62,692 nucleotides of DNA, from contig NC_068981.1 in assembly GCF_001194135.2 (NCBI RefSeq), positions 147,271,403 to 147,334,094 on the forward strand, written 5' to 3'. Below the pieces are notes generated by a model. That model was not told where the DNA came from, did no database searches, and was given only the letters and a program-made list of their open reading frames with translations. Shown here piece after piece: positions 1-12,649 of the stretch (position 1 is its first letter; every line of letters begins with the position of its first letter). Both the position numbers and the translations under genes were made by a program. Origin of the DNA: Octopus bimaculoides. Lineage: Eukaryota.

Positions 1-33
<33 letters not shown>

Positions 34-53
34 CATACACACATCTATGTGCA

Positions 54-266
54 TGTGTATCTCTGTGTTTGTCCCCCCTCCACCATCACCGCTTGACAAC
101 TGTTGTTAGTGTATTTATGTACCTGTAACTTAGCGGTTCAGAAAAGAGATCAATAGAATAAGTACTAGGCTTCAAAAAACAAGTCCTAGGGTCAATTTGT
201 TTGATTAAAACCCTTCAAGGCAGTGCCCAGCATGGCCAGAGTCAAATGACTGAAACAAGTAAAAGA
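54..266 (+). mobile_element. SINE 3' portion (tail ...CAGCATGGCC...GTCAAATGACTGAAACAAGTAAAAG)
   Basis: A closely similar sequence recurs at ~28070-28270. Confidence 0.65.
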
Positions 267-519
267 TACACATTCACACGCATATCCATTTCAATTGTTT
301 TTATAGCCACTTTCCCATGCTTGCATAGGTTAGACAGAATATACAGAGACAGATTTTCAATGGATGGACGCCCTTCCTGTCATTAACCCTCATCTGTTTC
401 TGAACAAGGTGATGTTTCCCCATGGCCAAACATGTTTCTCACAGAAGGCACAGTATATTGCCAAAGGTCTCGGTCACTTGTCACTGCCTATACACATACA
501 CACACACACACATACATAG

Positions 520-680
520 GATGAGCTTTTTTCAATTTCTGGCTAGTAAATCCATTCACAAGGCCTTGGTTGACCTGTAACTATTGGAGCAGACACTTAT
601 TCAAGGTGCTACACAGTATGACTGAACCTGAAAACACATGGTTAGGAAGCATGCTTCCTAACTACACAGCCGTTTCTGTA
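520..680 (-). mobile_element. tRNA-derived SINE 5' portion (CORE-like)
   Basis: The reverse complement gives a tRNA-like head (GCTGTGTAGTTAGG...GTTCAGTC) followed by ACCTTGAATAAGTGTCT. Related pieces are at ~26200-26275, 26720-26770 and ~46960-47020. Confidence 0.6.
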
Positions 681-1412
681 CACTGTTAAATGTGTGCTTG
701 TGTGTGTATATTGTCAACTCTACATCTCTGACATCCAACAGCTTCTCCTTTCTCTAACAAATCTATCACTCACATGTCCCTCTTATACATACCACTCATG
801 TCACAATCATCATCAGTTTTATCACCTATGCTTTTATCACTCAAGCTTTAGTGCTTAAGCTCCTATTACTCATCTCTCAATCACTCTCTCCTTTTTATTT
901 CACTCTCACAATATAACTGATGTGGAACAGGACAGCAGTGGATCTCTTCTGTATATGGTGCACTGCTTCCAGTCCACCTAGGGATGTCACCAAACCTATA
1001 TGACTCTTTCTCTGTAATTCATTTTTCCATTTCTAATCCTTATCAGCCAAGCTTTCTCACCCATCTGGAGGCATATGCATAAGGGACCTCATCAGATCAG
1101 CATGTACTCCATAAACTACTTATACTCCCCCATTGTCCATTTGATATCAACCTCCATCATTCACCATCAGCATTTATCCACCTCTTACAATCTATCACTT
1201 TCTCATTCTTATCCTCTCTACTACTGGAGCTATGATAAAAAGCATCAAGTACTCTGTTAAATGTGAGGTTGAGAAGACTCATGTTTTGTCAAAGATGTGA
1301 TAACCTCCTAGTACACCCAGTGCACCCTGTTAAATGGTCAGTATCAGGAAGGGTATCCGGCCATAGAAACCGAGTCAAAAATTAAACATGAATGCAATGT
1401 GATCCTCTAACA

Positions 1413-1723
1413 CAGAGCTGGCCAACCTGAGGCTCACAGACTTTTTTCTTGCAGCCCGCTTGATACTTTCATGAAGTATTGTGTTTAATTTCAAAATGAA
1501 ATTGTTTGTGTAAAACATTTGGTTCAAAATAAATTCAAAATTTATAAGTAGTCACAAAGCAATAGCCTACAATTTTATAATTTTAAACAAACGAAAAGTA
1601 TGGAGAATTCTTGATTCTGTAATTTGATTATTTGACTATTAGTGCATAAAGTATACAAGCAGCCATCAAAATACTTTCTGTGATTCAAGTGTCCTGTAAT
1701 GTAATTCAAGTTGGCCAAGACTG
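1413..1723. mobile_element. Non-autonomous hAT MITE
   Basis: Imperfect TIRs CAGAGCTGGCCAAC / GTTGGCCAAGACTG, and an exact 8-bp target duplication CTCTAACA at 1405-1412 and 1724-1731. Confidence 0.85.
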
Positions 1724-4139
1724 CTCTAACATACCCAGTAGAACCCAAGCCAGCATGGAAAGTGAACATAGAATAATAATGATGATGATTGTTATATTAG
1801 AAAAGGCAAAGAGAAAACACAGGTAAAAAGAATGGGCAAATGATGTGTGTTCCTGGTAAGTTTATTGAGTGTGCTACTATTTGTGTAAAAGAATGACTAC
1901 ATACAGATTAAGAAAGGTTTTGGGTGTTGTAAGGAGATGAGCTAAATACAATGTTCTAGACATGAAATACAAATAAATGCTTTAAGTTGATGGCAGAAGG
2001 TGTTCAATGAAGAAATAGACCAGATTAGAAAATAGTGAACTTCACAAACAAGATGTGCTCGAGAGAGTCACCATTCATTTCATGACCAAAATGAAACAGA
2101 TGAGTCTTTTTTACCTTTGTAGCAGTTGTTGATGATAATGATGATGCTATAGTAGTCATTAAGAATAATATTTTTAACACTGATTACCTGAGTTAATTTC
2201 TAACGAAGGGAGGCTCTGACCAAGCATTAAATATCACTAGCTCTTTATAACATGCTAATGAAACATGGCACCTGTCAAGTAAATTCCTTCTCTCATATTC
2301 TTTCCAAGCCTGTCCTACCTTGTTGCCTGTAACATTACTCAGTGGCTTCCAGTAAGTTGATCTCTAACAAATGACCAGCTCTCCTCTCTCACTACATACA
2401 TTTCCCATCACTATCTAACTACTCAAACATCTGTTTGCTGAGTGAAAGCTGACCTTCACAAAGACATTTTTCAAGCCTCGACACATTCCTTTCTTTTTTA
2501 ATGGCTCTTCTATCTACATTCATAGTTCAAAGAGTGCCTCTATGCAAGCCAACAAACGCAACTATAAGGTCACTCAACCTGCTAGAAATAATAGCCAATT
2601 TCCTACATCTGCTAAATGTAAGGGGAAGTGAGGATATCTCAATCCAGAGATTGATTAAATGTTCATTACCATCAATTTGCTTGTTTTTATTAGTCTAAAT
2701 AAAGTCGATTGGTTTTTAGCTCAACTGGTTGGTTGTTAACCAGTTGGCATGTTTGTTGTTGACCAGTTAGTGAGTTGGCTGTTAACCAGTTGGCTAGCTT
2801 TTCAAAGCATCTATAATATATTGTATGTTTTAATTACACCACACAAATCTGTATTCCTTCATTGTTTCAAATATCAAAACTGTAGTTGCTATCTAGTATG
2901 TCCATCTTGATACTTCCCAAAATGGTGATTAAAATCCCTTGCCACAGTTATGATATCCTTGTTAGTTTTTTTCTTTTCCCAAGACCTTGTAGAACTGGTC
3001 TCTCTGCTCATTTAATTCTATTCATCGTCATCATCATTTAACACCCACTTTCTACGCTGGCATGCGTTGGATGGTTTGACAGGAGTTGGATAGCCAGAAG
3101 ACTGCACTATGCTTTGTTGTCTGTTTTGACATGGTTTTTATGGCTGGACGCCCTTCCTAGCACCAACCACTCCGCAAAGTGGACTGAGTGCTTTTTATGA
3201 GGCACCAGGACAGGTGAGGTCAGTTTTGGCATGGTTTATTTTTACAGCTGGATACCTTTCCAAATGCCAACTACTTTACAGTGTGGGCTGGATGCTTCTT
3301 ATGTGGCACCAGCACTGGCAGAGTCACCAAATAACTTGCAAAACAAAGGTCCTTTGAGAAGGGATGTGGCATTGGAGGAGGTGATCTTGTGTCAGATGAT
3401 GAAAGGTTAGAGTGTGACAGAGAGACAGAAACAGGTATCTTTCTGTAGAGGGGATACATGGTTACCTGATCAGAGAGAGAGAGAGAGGGAAAGAGAGAGA
3501 AAATACAATAGCCATTGTTGTCAATCATTAGCTTAAGCTAGTTCATTATTTTTATCACTCCTTCTGACTAAATTCAATTCATCAAGCCAAAGACAGAAAG
3601 CCTATATGGCCATGTGATCTGCTAGAAATAGTAAACAAATCTCTCTCTTCTTAAAAAAAAAGGAAGGATACATTATAGTGAATGTAGTTCTTGATATACA
3701 ATGCTTGGAAAAAGGACAGGACTGTCACAGCTGGAACATATCTGATCATAAGTCTGTTAGATCAAGGTTGATCCAGGGTTCAACAACATCAGCAACATAA
3801 AGTTCATTATCTAATCCTTCATCTCCTAAAAGTATATCTTACCAGAAGACAACTCTGCCTAATTCTGAATTTATACAAAACTCACTGGAAACCAATTAAA
3901 AAAAAAATCGGGTGGGGGAATCTGCAAGGTGAACTAACACAGAATTCTCTGTAGAAGACAGTGTTAGGAAATTGAAACATCTTATATGGAAGCTACAAAC
4001 ATTAGCTATCATAGAGAGGAAGGCCAATTTCAAAGTATGATTTCTAGAAATACAAACATTTATCCTGTGAGAATGAACAAATGCTGCAAAATATTTAAAT
4101 GGACAAATAACTGACAGGAGGAGGAAACTTTAGGGCACC

Positions 4140-5160
4140 AATCAGAGAAATTGAAAAAGCAATAAAGGAAACTAAGCCTTTAAAAACAAAAGCTAATTCA
4201 AAAGTCTTCTACAGGTTTGTGGGGGAAAAAAAGTTACAAAGTTACAAAACAGAACAATTATTTGAATGAAATGCTCCTTTTATTACAGACCCTTAAAAGG
4301 TAGCTAAATAACAGTGTTCACAAGGCTTCACAACTCCACTAGAACAAATAGCTGAACCAGTGAAGTTCTTCAATACTGCAACTTCCCATAGAGAAATTAC
4401 ATAAGATATAAAATCTGCTATAAACAGAATGGTACAGAACTCAGCAACAGAACCCAATGGTTATCCCAATTATTTTCTTAAAAACATGCAAAATAGATCG
4501 TCCCAAACCACTTCAGATACTTTTCCAAAGATATTAGCTCCTCAAAACCACAGACCTATCTCACTGGTTTGACATATCAGTAAGGCCAAAGAGACAAAAA
4601 AAACAAAAAAAAAGAAGAAAAAATTAATTACATGTTCACACAATTGTTAATTACAGATGCTGAAGTCTTATGCCTGGAGATTAAAGCATCTGTTCAATCA
4701 TTCAAGCATAGGTGTAACACATAGATTTTGCCAAGATTTGAGAAAGGTGATATTGTGAAGCTATGTGAACCCAGCGTAGTTACAAAACTAAGAGAATAGC
4801 TGTATAACTTTTTAAGAGACAGAATTATTACAGCATTTAAAAAAAAAATAATCAACAGTTCAGAGAGGATTGTTTCAAGGAGCTACCTTGAGTACCTAGT
4901 AACTTGTACTAGCACGTTCAGACATGTTGACAATGATTCCAAAATCTCATAGACAATTAAAGGAGCAAATGTTGCTGCTTAAAGAAAATATGCACAACTT
5001 TGATACATGCAAATCATTGATGAAAATTTTACCAAGTATTCAACTCAACGCAACATGAACGCACAAAGCCAGAAGTAATTCAATCCCAGAGAACTGGGAG
5101 TTAAAATGAGTTATGATGTAATAATTAGAAACAAATTATTAAAATGACACCAACATGAAA
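4140..5160 (+). mobile_element. Degenerate CR1/L2-like LINE ORF2 (RT) fragment
   Basis: Broken-frame remnants NSKVFYRFV, EPNGYP, NHRPISL, DFAK and VDNDSKIS occur in the order expected for an RT; many stops and indels. Confidence 0.6.
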
Positions 5161-8100
5161 ACTGGAGTTTCAGAACATTTACAAGTCAAGATATATTACA
5201 AATTTTTTTTTCATATGAATTATATAAGGATGATCAGCATTATTGGTCGTTATTGGAACTTTTAACCACAAGACTATGCCATTGGTTTTTAGTCCTCTAA
5301 ATTATTGCTCTTGTCCTATGTAAAGATTGTTTCTGTCCAAGCTTATTTGCAGCAATTAAACTACTGAGAGTGATTGAAACTTCATTACTTTACTTTTAGA
5401 AGTAGAAAAGGGAGGTAGACAGTAATTTATATCTGGAATATCTAAGGACTAGCATTAAACTTTTATATTAAAAGGTGCACAAAACTCTGAACTGGGGCAC
5501 CATTGCATTATGTTGAAAGTTCTACATTCCCACCTCAGGTTAGGACATGGTTACTTCAGGTTCAAAGGACTCCAGCTCTTCAATATCATCCCATGGAACA
5601 TAGGGGATTTGCATGGCATACATATTAATGTGTTCAAACAACATTTAAGCAATGCTAAGCACAAAAAAATAAGTGGAACAGGATGATGGTAGTCTAGTAT
5701 GGCCACGGGCTAATTGTTGGAACCAGTAAAAAAGAATTATCTAGAAGTTACCCCTTCCCCAAGCACCTCACTGCCCCACACAAACCAAATGCATTATGTT
5801 CCATACACTCATACACACGTGCTATGAGCTGAACTACATGGCATCCTGTTAAATCTACCTAATGATGATTCCAGATAATAGATCTCAATTCAAAGTCCAA
5901 TAGGAACTTTGGTGGCTTATTATCAGTATTATAATAAACATAAAAATCAGTATTAAAATAAAAACAAAACAATATTCCACAGGAATAAAATCTTAAGCCA
6001 AGAACCTGCATTCTACTGGAACATGAAAATTGTAAACAGTATGAGAAGAGAATCACTCTAGTTGCTTAGTCTTTGGCCACTGGACCACAAAACTCTTGTG
6101 CTGTCTCCCATAGTCAAATGTTTGTTATAACCACAACAGAACACTCATAACGAAAATGGGAGTAAATATTTCACTGATGGTATCTAATGTTTATGAATTA
6201 CAATACTTCAGAACGTTACCTATTCTAATATTAATAAAGTACACATGAGAAGAATTCAATGCTTCACGTAATACAATGATTGCAACAGTGATAAAGATAC
6301 ATTTGAATTTTACATTTTCGAGAAAAAAATACAAAAAAGGAATCGATAAAAGATAAACCTTGTAACATCTAAAACGTATTTTATAAAATCTGAACACGGA
6401 CTATCTGATTATGAGTTGTTGCTATTTGTGGCCGTGATAGTTGTGAAGATATATTAGTAATCTCTCTGCATATCATCCTCACCAACGTAACTTCTCTATT
6501 CATTAAAATACGTCAACTATCATTTCTGAAGGGGACTCTCTCCCACAGGCTATGAATAATGGATTTTCTCCCCAAACATAGATAAGAAATAACAAATTCT
6601 CCGGTCTATATGATCTGATCAGACGTAAAGTAAGAACATCGTGAAAGAAGCAAAGCGACTCGGCCGATATAGTTCACTCAACCAAATCTAGAACTTAAAA
6701 AAGAAAATTAAAAAAAAAAAGCTTTCTGGCATTTGTCTTTACTCAATAACGATACTTCCTGTTATCATTACCTTCAATGCCGATGTTCATTTGTTCTTAG
6801 GTTTCATTGAATTCATTCTAAATGAAACACTATCTTAAAGTAGCTAACCTTCATTTGAACACGATGTTGTTTGTAGTTTACATTACAAACCTAGTTATCC
6901 ATTAAATTCTGCTTTTCCTCCTTCCTAGAAGACAACTGATATAACGCTTGGCAAGTTTTACAAATTACAAGTATAAAATAAACCCCAGATAAAAAAAGAA
7001 GACTACTTAAAATAAGCTAATAATAATTGACGTTTTAAATCACAAGTCATAATTCAATTTTACTTAATGTGAAACACGAAGAATTGCTATAGAAATACGG
7101 AACATAAATCACAGCCGCGGTGACAATTACATTTCCTTTAACCAAAACTGATTATAAGGGTGGTGTTTTTTTCATTTTTTTATTTCTGGGGGTGGGGGCA
7201 GTGGAAAAGAGAATCAAGTTTGAAAATCGTTGAAGAAACTTCTATCAAATATCAATAACGGCGAAAATATTTAAAAAGCATAACAGTGAGGGGAGGATCA
7301 ATATAAAAAACAAACAAAATCATAAAGTAACGATTTTCTCTTAGGTTTCCTTTCTGCGATTTAATTAGTTTTTGATCTGTGTCACGAACCAACAAGTATA
7401 TAATTGCCCGAGGTACAAGAAAATATTGGACGGAGTTGTTTAAAACTATTGTTTCTAAAAAGTACACTTGTTAAGTAGCGCCATCGGAATCGAATAGGTT
7501 AACAGCAAAGCTGTAAGATATCGCAAAAGAAAAACAATCGGAAAGACTTCCTCCCCCCACCCCCTACCCCACATTTTCTCGCAAATTATTGGGGTTTAAA
7601 AAAATTTTTTTTTTGCCAAAAACCCACGTTTTCGNNNNNNNNNNCCCCCCATTTTCTCGCAAATTACTGTTTTTAAAAATTTGTTTTTTTTTTTTGCCAA
7701 AAATCCACGTTTTCGGATACGGAGATTCGGTAAGGTACAAAAGGAAGTCTTACCAAACAATCTATTAATGAGTGATTACAAAAATGTCCGGTAGTTTTAG
7801 ATACCTATAAGAAACATTTTGAGGAACTTGATAGAACTTTTCCCTCTCTCACTATATATATATTTATTAACGGAACTTACTTTATATAATCTATGTTAAG
7901 GTAAGCTGAATAGAGAGTAAGAGAAATAACATGAAAAAGTAACGGATACATATAAAGATGAAAACTATATGAGAAAAGAGTTTCAGGTGAATAGACTTAA
8001 CAAGGAATATTTATATATTAAAAAACAAACAAAAAACATTAATCAGTAAAAGATATGGAAGAGCTTTGTGACAGTTGGAGACGTTATCAAAGATAATACA

Positions 8101-8364
8101 CAATAGAAACAGTTTTTTAAAGTATGTTTCAAATGAAAGTGAGACTTAATTGAGGTTAAATACAAATAAGAACATAATAAATCAGTTGATAAATTAAAGG
8201 AGAGATTTTTATAAGTAAACGAACTAATTAATGAACCCTCACTTGATGACCATCTTCTACTAAAATTGATTGATGACACATAAACTGAATACTAAAAGTG
8301 ATAGGTCATAAATTCCCCTATTACATGTAGTTTTCCCTAATATTTACAAATAAAAAATATGTAC

Positions 8365-8439
8365 CTTTAGATCATTTTCCGGAAGATATTTGCATTCTTT
8401 TGCAATTTCTATCCACTTGTCAACACATTCGTCCGCCAT
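8365..8439 (-). CDS. PPP6C: Ser/Thr protein phosphatase 6 catalytic subunit, coding exon 1 (gene continues left, beyond the window)
   Basis: The reverse strand reads ATG GCG GAC...GAT CTA AAG|GTACAT = [25 protein letters not shown] (25 aa, phase-0 donor). This matches the PP6c N-terminus as I recall it (human [25 protein letters not shown]). I did not find exon 2 (…CGDIHGQ) in 1-8364. Confidence 0.92.
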
Positions 8440-9659
8440 TTCTGATAACCTTTATTTTAGAAAAGCTCAACAAGGGGCATAACTCTGAATTATTATCTGA
8501 ACACCCTAAACTCGATTGCACTAGATGCATTCTTACAAAAAATCCTATGTTTAAGTGACATATTTACATAATGTCTTCTGTTTTGAAGAAAGAGAAGGTA
8601 GCAATTAATAATATGATATTTTTTGAAAATTACTATCCGCTACACTAGAGTATTTAAATTTTAATGAAGGTATATTCCAGCAGGCAACTTGACACATTTG
8701 CGGAAGGTCGTAACTGGCTAGTTATTCGCAAGTTGATAAATGATACCTAGAGTGGAGATTATATTCTTCTAGGCCTGCAATAGATACCTTATGACTCACT
8801 TAGAAAGAGAACTTTTAATATGTCTAAAGTAGATAAATACTAATGGAAATAGAGATAAGATAACCATATCCAAGACACTGCAATGTAGTTTTTAAAAAAT
8901 CAGTCGTGTGGTTCGAAAAGAAAAGAAAAATAACATAAACGACACTTTTGAAAATATGATATCCTAGTAGCGCAGCTGAATAAATAAATATCTACCTTGT
9001 TGTAGAAATAGTAATATTGTGGTTATAAACATATATGCGAAGTGTGGAATCTAACAGGGAAACATGAGTATTGGATGTGGTGGGGGTACAACGAAGCCAA
9101 GAGACGTAAACGTACACATATACGATATACCTATATTATATAAGCATACACACATGCACGCAGTTAGAGCATCGGGGCGAGATGGCTTATTTATTCTGAC
9201 ACCTTGCGTTCTCATTTCAAATTCCGCCATGTCTCATCATGACATCACCTGGCTCTTGGGTGCCTTTAACTGAATTCATTGTTTTGCAAGCATTCGAACA
9301 AGGTGTGTCCGATACGGGGATACTTTCGTTTCAGTCTCAGAGGCTCTGTAAACTAGCCATGAACACAGCCCTTCCTTTCTGATAAAAAGAAATAAAAAGT
9401 TTAGAACTAGAATTGCAGATGAGTATTGCAATGAAGGATAAAGTTCAAATGAATGTGTGTGACAGACAGTGCGTGTGTGTGTGTGCGCGTGCGCGTTAAC
9501 ACTAAGTTTGGAACCAGTTTGATAATTACTAACGCACGAAACTCTCGACCCTTGAGTCGCTCTGCCATTTCTACCGATTATTAATTTTAAAAAGTGTGTG
9601 TAATTTTAATAAAAATATTCATATACTCATATCTTGAGCTCTATTTTTCCTGCTTGCAT

Positions 9660-10634
9660 CCCCATATATTGAGGCAAGGAAGACCATAATTCATCACCAG
9701 GGAAAATTTTGGACTAGAAAGGACACACCAGATTGCTTTGATATACCAATGGGCGCGCAAGATTCAGCCGAAGTCACAGACTTAATCAGGATTTATTTAC
9801 TACACCTACTCCATAAAGAACTCCCAGAATTTGAAGGTGGTCTCTATAGGGATGATGTTCTGTTTGTAGTTCGAAATGCCTCCAACTGTAAAATCAAAAT
9901 ATATCAGAAGAGATTACGTAAATTTTTCAAAAGCCTTGGACTTACCATCACCATTGAACAGGATCACACTTCTGTGAACTTCTTGGATGCAAATTTTAAC
10001 CTCACTCCTTCAGCTTACCAATCATACCATGAACCCAATAGCAATATTGCACAGAGCAATCATCCTTCTAATATTCTTGATAACATACCTTGTAACATTG
10101 AAAATAGAATTAACTCATTATCCTGAAATGAAGAAATTTTTAATAAGCATAAAGACTATTACAAACTGGCTCTTAGGAATGCTGGTTATAATATCAAATT
10201 AAGTACAACAAATTTAACAATGATTTTTCCAATCATAACAACAGCTATGTGGATATGAATTCCAATAAACACACCACAATTTCTAAACACCATCATGAAT
10301 TGGAATGCCCTGGCACACAACTTAACTCTGTGAAGTATATTTTGTAAAGATAACTCCACCATAAAAAGGAAAAAAATTTTAACAACTATGGACCAAATAA
10401 CAAGACTTTTACTAACCAGATTTCTACCAATACCTATATTTCCAATAAGATATCCAATTGTAATGTCACTAGCAGTCATTATGAGAAAAACATTAACATA
10501 GTTGGAAATAATAATACAAAACAAAGTCTTTTCACAACAGAATCTTGTCTTATTTCTTCACATACTCTAAATCCCCGACACAACTACATAACCAACTCTA
10601 ATGATGTCCAATATTTTCTTGATGATGTTGATGT

Positions 10635-10678
<44 letters not shown>

Positions 10679-10736
10679 GTGATGGTGATGGTGATGATGA
10701 TGATGATGGTGGTGATGGTGGTGATGGTGATGATGG

Positions 10737-10779
<43 letters not shown>

Positions 10780-11780
10780 AAAGGTGGTAATAATAATAAG
10801 AATAATAATAACAACATTAATAATATTAATAATGATAAGAAAAAGAATAGCAGTGATGGTGTTAATACGAGAGGTAAAAAGAAACCTATACCTTTTATTC
10901 AAATGGGTGACCCATCTCATAAAAACCACCATACCAATAAGAAACGCAATAATAACATAATTTGGATTATATTTCCTTTTGCTAAACATGTGAAGTCTAA
11001 TTTTACAAAGTCTATTCGTTCTATGATTAAATCAAATTTTAGTAAATTTAGGTATGCTGGGATATTCAATAACAGAATGATTGGATTTGGCTTTTCTGTT
11101 TCTCCTAACTTATTTAGGATTATTTCTTCCTTTAACAATAGAAAATTAAATCTTTACTACAAGAATTTAAACCCCTCTAATACTTATATTAACCCCAATT
11201 ATTCAAATAGCTCTGTATCTTCTACCAACGGTTCCCATACTCACACAAACTCTTCCTCTATCAACACACATACACATAACAATAGTACGCCTAATATTAG
11301 TAATAATTGTAACTGTATAAACCCTAACACCTGTGAGGTTAAAGGTAATTGTAAAATGAAAAATGTTGTATATAAAGCTACTATTACAATACATGATCTC
11401 TCTAGTTTCATTATATAGGCTGCACACAGACCCTTCTTAAATTACGTTTGAATAATCATAAATCATCTTTTAATGATCTTCAGAAAGAAAGTAGTACTAG
11501 TTTATCCAAAAAAGGTATGGCAACTTAAAAGAGACAACATAAATTTCTCAATTTCTTGGAATATTGTTTCTTCTGCCCCCTCTTAAAAGATTAGAAATAG
11601 AAAGTGCTTTTATGCCTTGAAGAGTCTTATATAATTACAAAAATGCCTTATAATTTAACACACTCACTGGTAAAATTTCCACTTATTCCTTATTTTTCTT
11701 TTCCTAAAATTTTCGTTGCATCTTCCAACCTTTTCAATAGTCTTGACTTGATTGTATATTTGTTAACTAAATATCTCAGC
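9660..11780 (+). mobile_element. Penelope-like retroelement (RT C-terminal half, linker, GIY-YIG endonuclease), 5'-truncated and frameshifted
   Basis: RT motifs FDIPMGAQDSAE, GLYRDD and VNFLD; SNHPSNIL; then CNCINPNTC..C, NVVYKA, YIGCT, RLNNHKSSF, TSLSK.VWQLK and (C)FLCLEE. Confidence 0.9.
10621..10779. repeat. (GAT/GGT)n trinucleotide tract
   Basis: About 53 triplets, mostly GAT with interspersed GGT and GTT. Confidence 0.97.
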
Positions 11781-12239
11781 ATTTAGTGTAGAACCCTATC
11801 ACTCCATTTTGCCATTCAATGCTCTTCAACTAAATAATAAATGAAATTTTATGGAACTTTAGACTACAGATACCATCAGATAGCTTAAAATAAGTCCTCT
11901 ATCATTTTCCATGATGGGAATGATAATAATGTACTAGTTATCATCACAGTTATAACAAATTACCATAATGTTGTGCAGAAGTGATCTGAAAAGCTAAGAA
12001 ATTATATTGAATTAGTAGTTGAATGAAAACTTTATCGCAATTAAGGAATGTGTCTTTCATTACATTTGTAATCAATACAATGGGAATGATGCCCAGCCAC
12101 TCCTGTTAGGACATCAAACTATCTATAAAAGTACTGGATTCCTTTTGGGTCTGGAGGGTGAAAGTGTGCCTTTACCATTCACAGGAACTCTAAGCTGGTG
12201 AGATTGATGTCATTTATAATTATTATAACAATTCTTTCT

Positions 12240-12440
12240 GCTATAGACACAAGGCCTGAAATTTTGGCGGAGGAAGTTAATTAATTACATCACCCCCAGT
12301 GAGTAACTGGTACTTATTTTATAGACCCCGAAAGGATGAAAGGCAAAAGTGAACTTCAGTGGAATTTGAACTTAGAATGTAAAGAGCTGGAAAAATGTTT
12401 TTTTTTTTTTTTTCTGGCATTCTAATGATTCTGCTTATCT
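12240..12440 (-). mobile_element. SINE (same family as 16502-16732)
   Basis: Contains the reverse complement of the core TTTGCCTTTCATCCTTTCGGGGTCTATAAAATAAGTACCAG. Confidence 0.75.
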
Positions 12441-12649
12441 ACAATGACGATGATGATGGTGGTGGTGGTGGTGGTGATGATGATGATGATGATTTATTTT
12501 CTATGGGAGTTTTGGATGAAGAAGACATTACCTATAGATACATATAGTTTGTGATGAGGATGCATAAAATTGGATGTAAAGGAACAAGAAAAGGAAGAAA
12601 AAGGAATGAATTAAAAAGTATACACAATATACAAATACATGAATACATG

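Noticed and set aside
2188-2271. Minus-strand exon candidate (acceptor tttacttgacag|, donor CAG|gtaatc) as PPP6C exon 2
   Set aside because: All three frames contain stops and none resembles the PP6c sequence.
5859-6397. Hydrophobic minus-strand ORFs with donor-like ends
   Set aside because: No recognisable homology, and the composition is explained by AT-rich intron sequence. Unsupported without RNA data.
7560-7715. ~70-bp direct duplication around a 10-N gap
   Set aside because: Most simply explained as overlapping contig ends with low-quality homopolymers, not a biological repeat.
9407-9568. Minus-strand 53-aa ORF MAERLKGREF... in an AAATGGC context, as an alternative first exon
   Set aside because: It runs into a (CA/CG)n microsatellite and matches nothing I recognise.
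10567-10989. Poly-Ile, poly-Ser and poly-Met ORFs in the track
   Set aside because: These are alternative frames of the (GAT)n tract. Only the Asp frame joins recognisable Penelope-like protein sequence.
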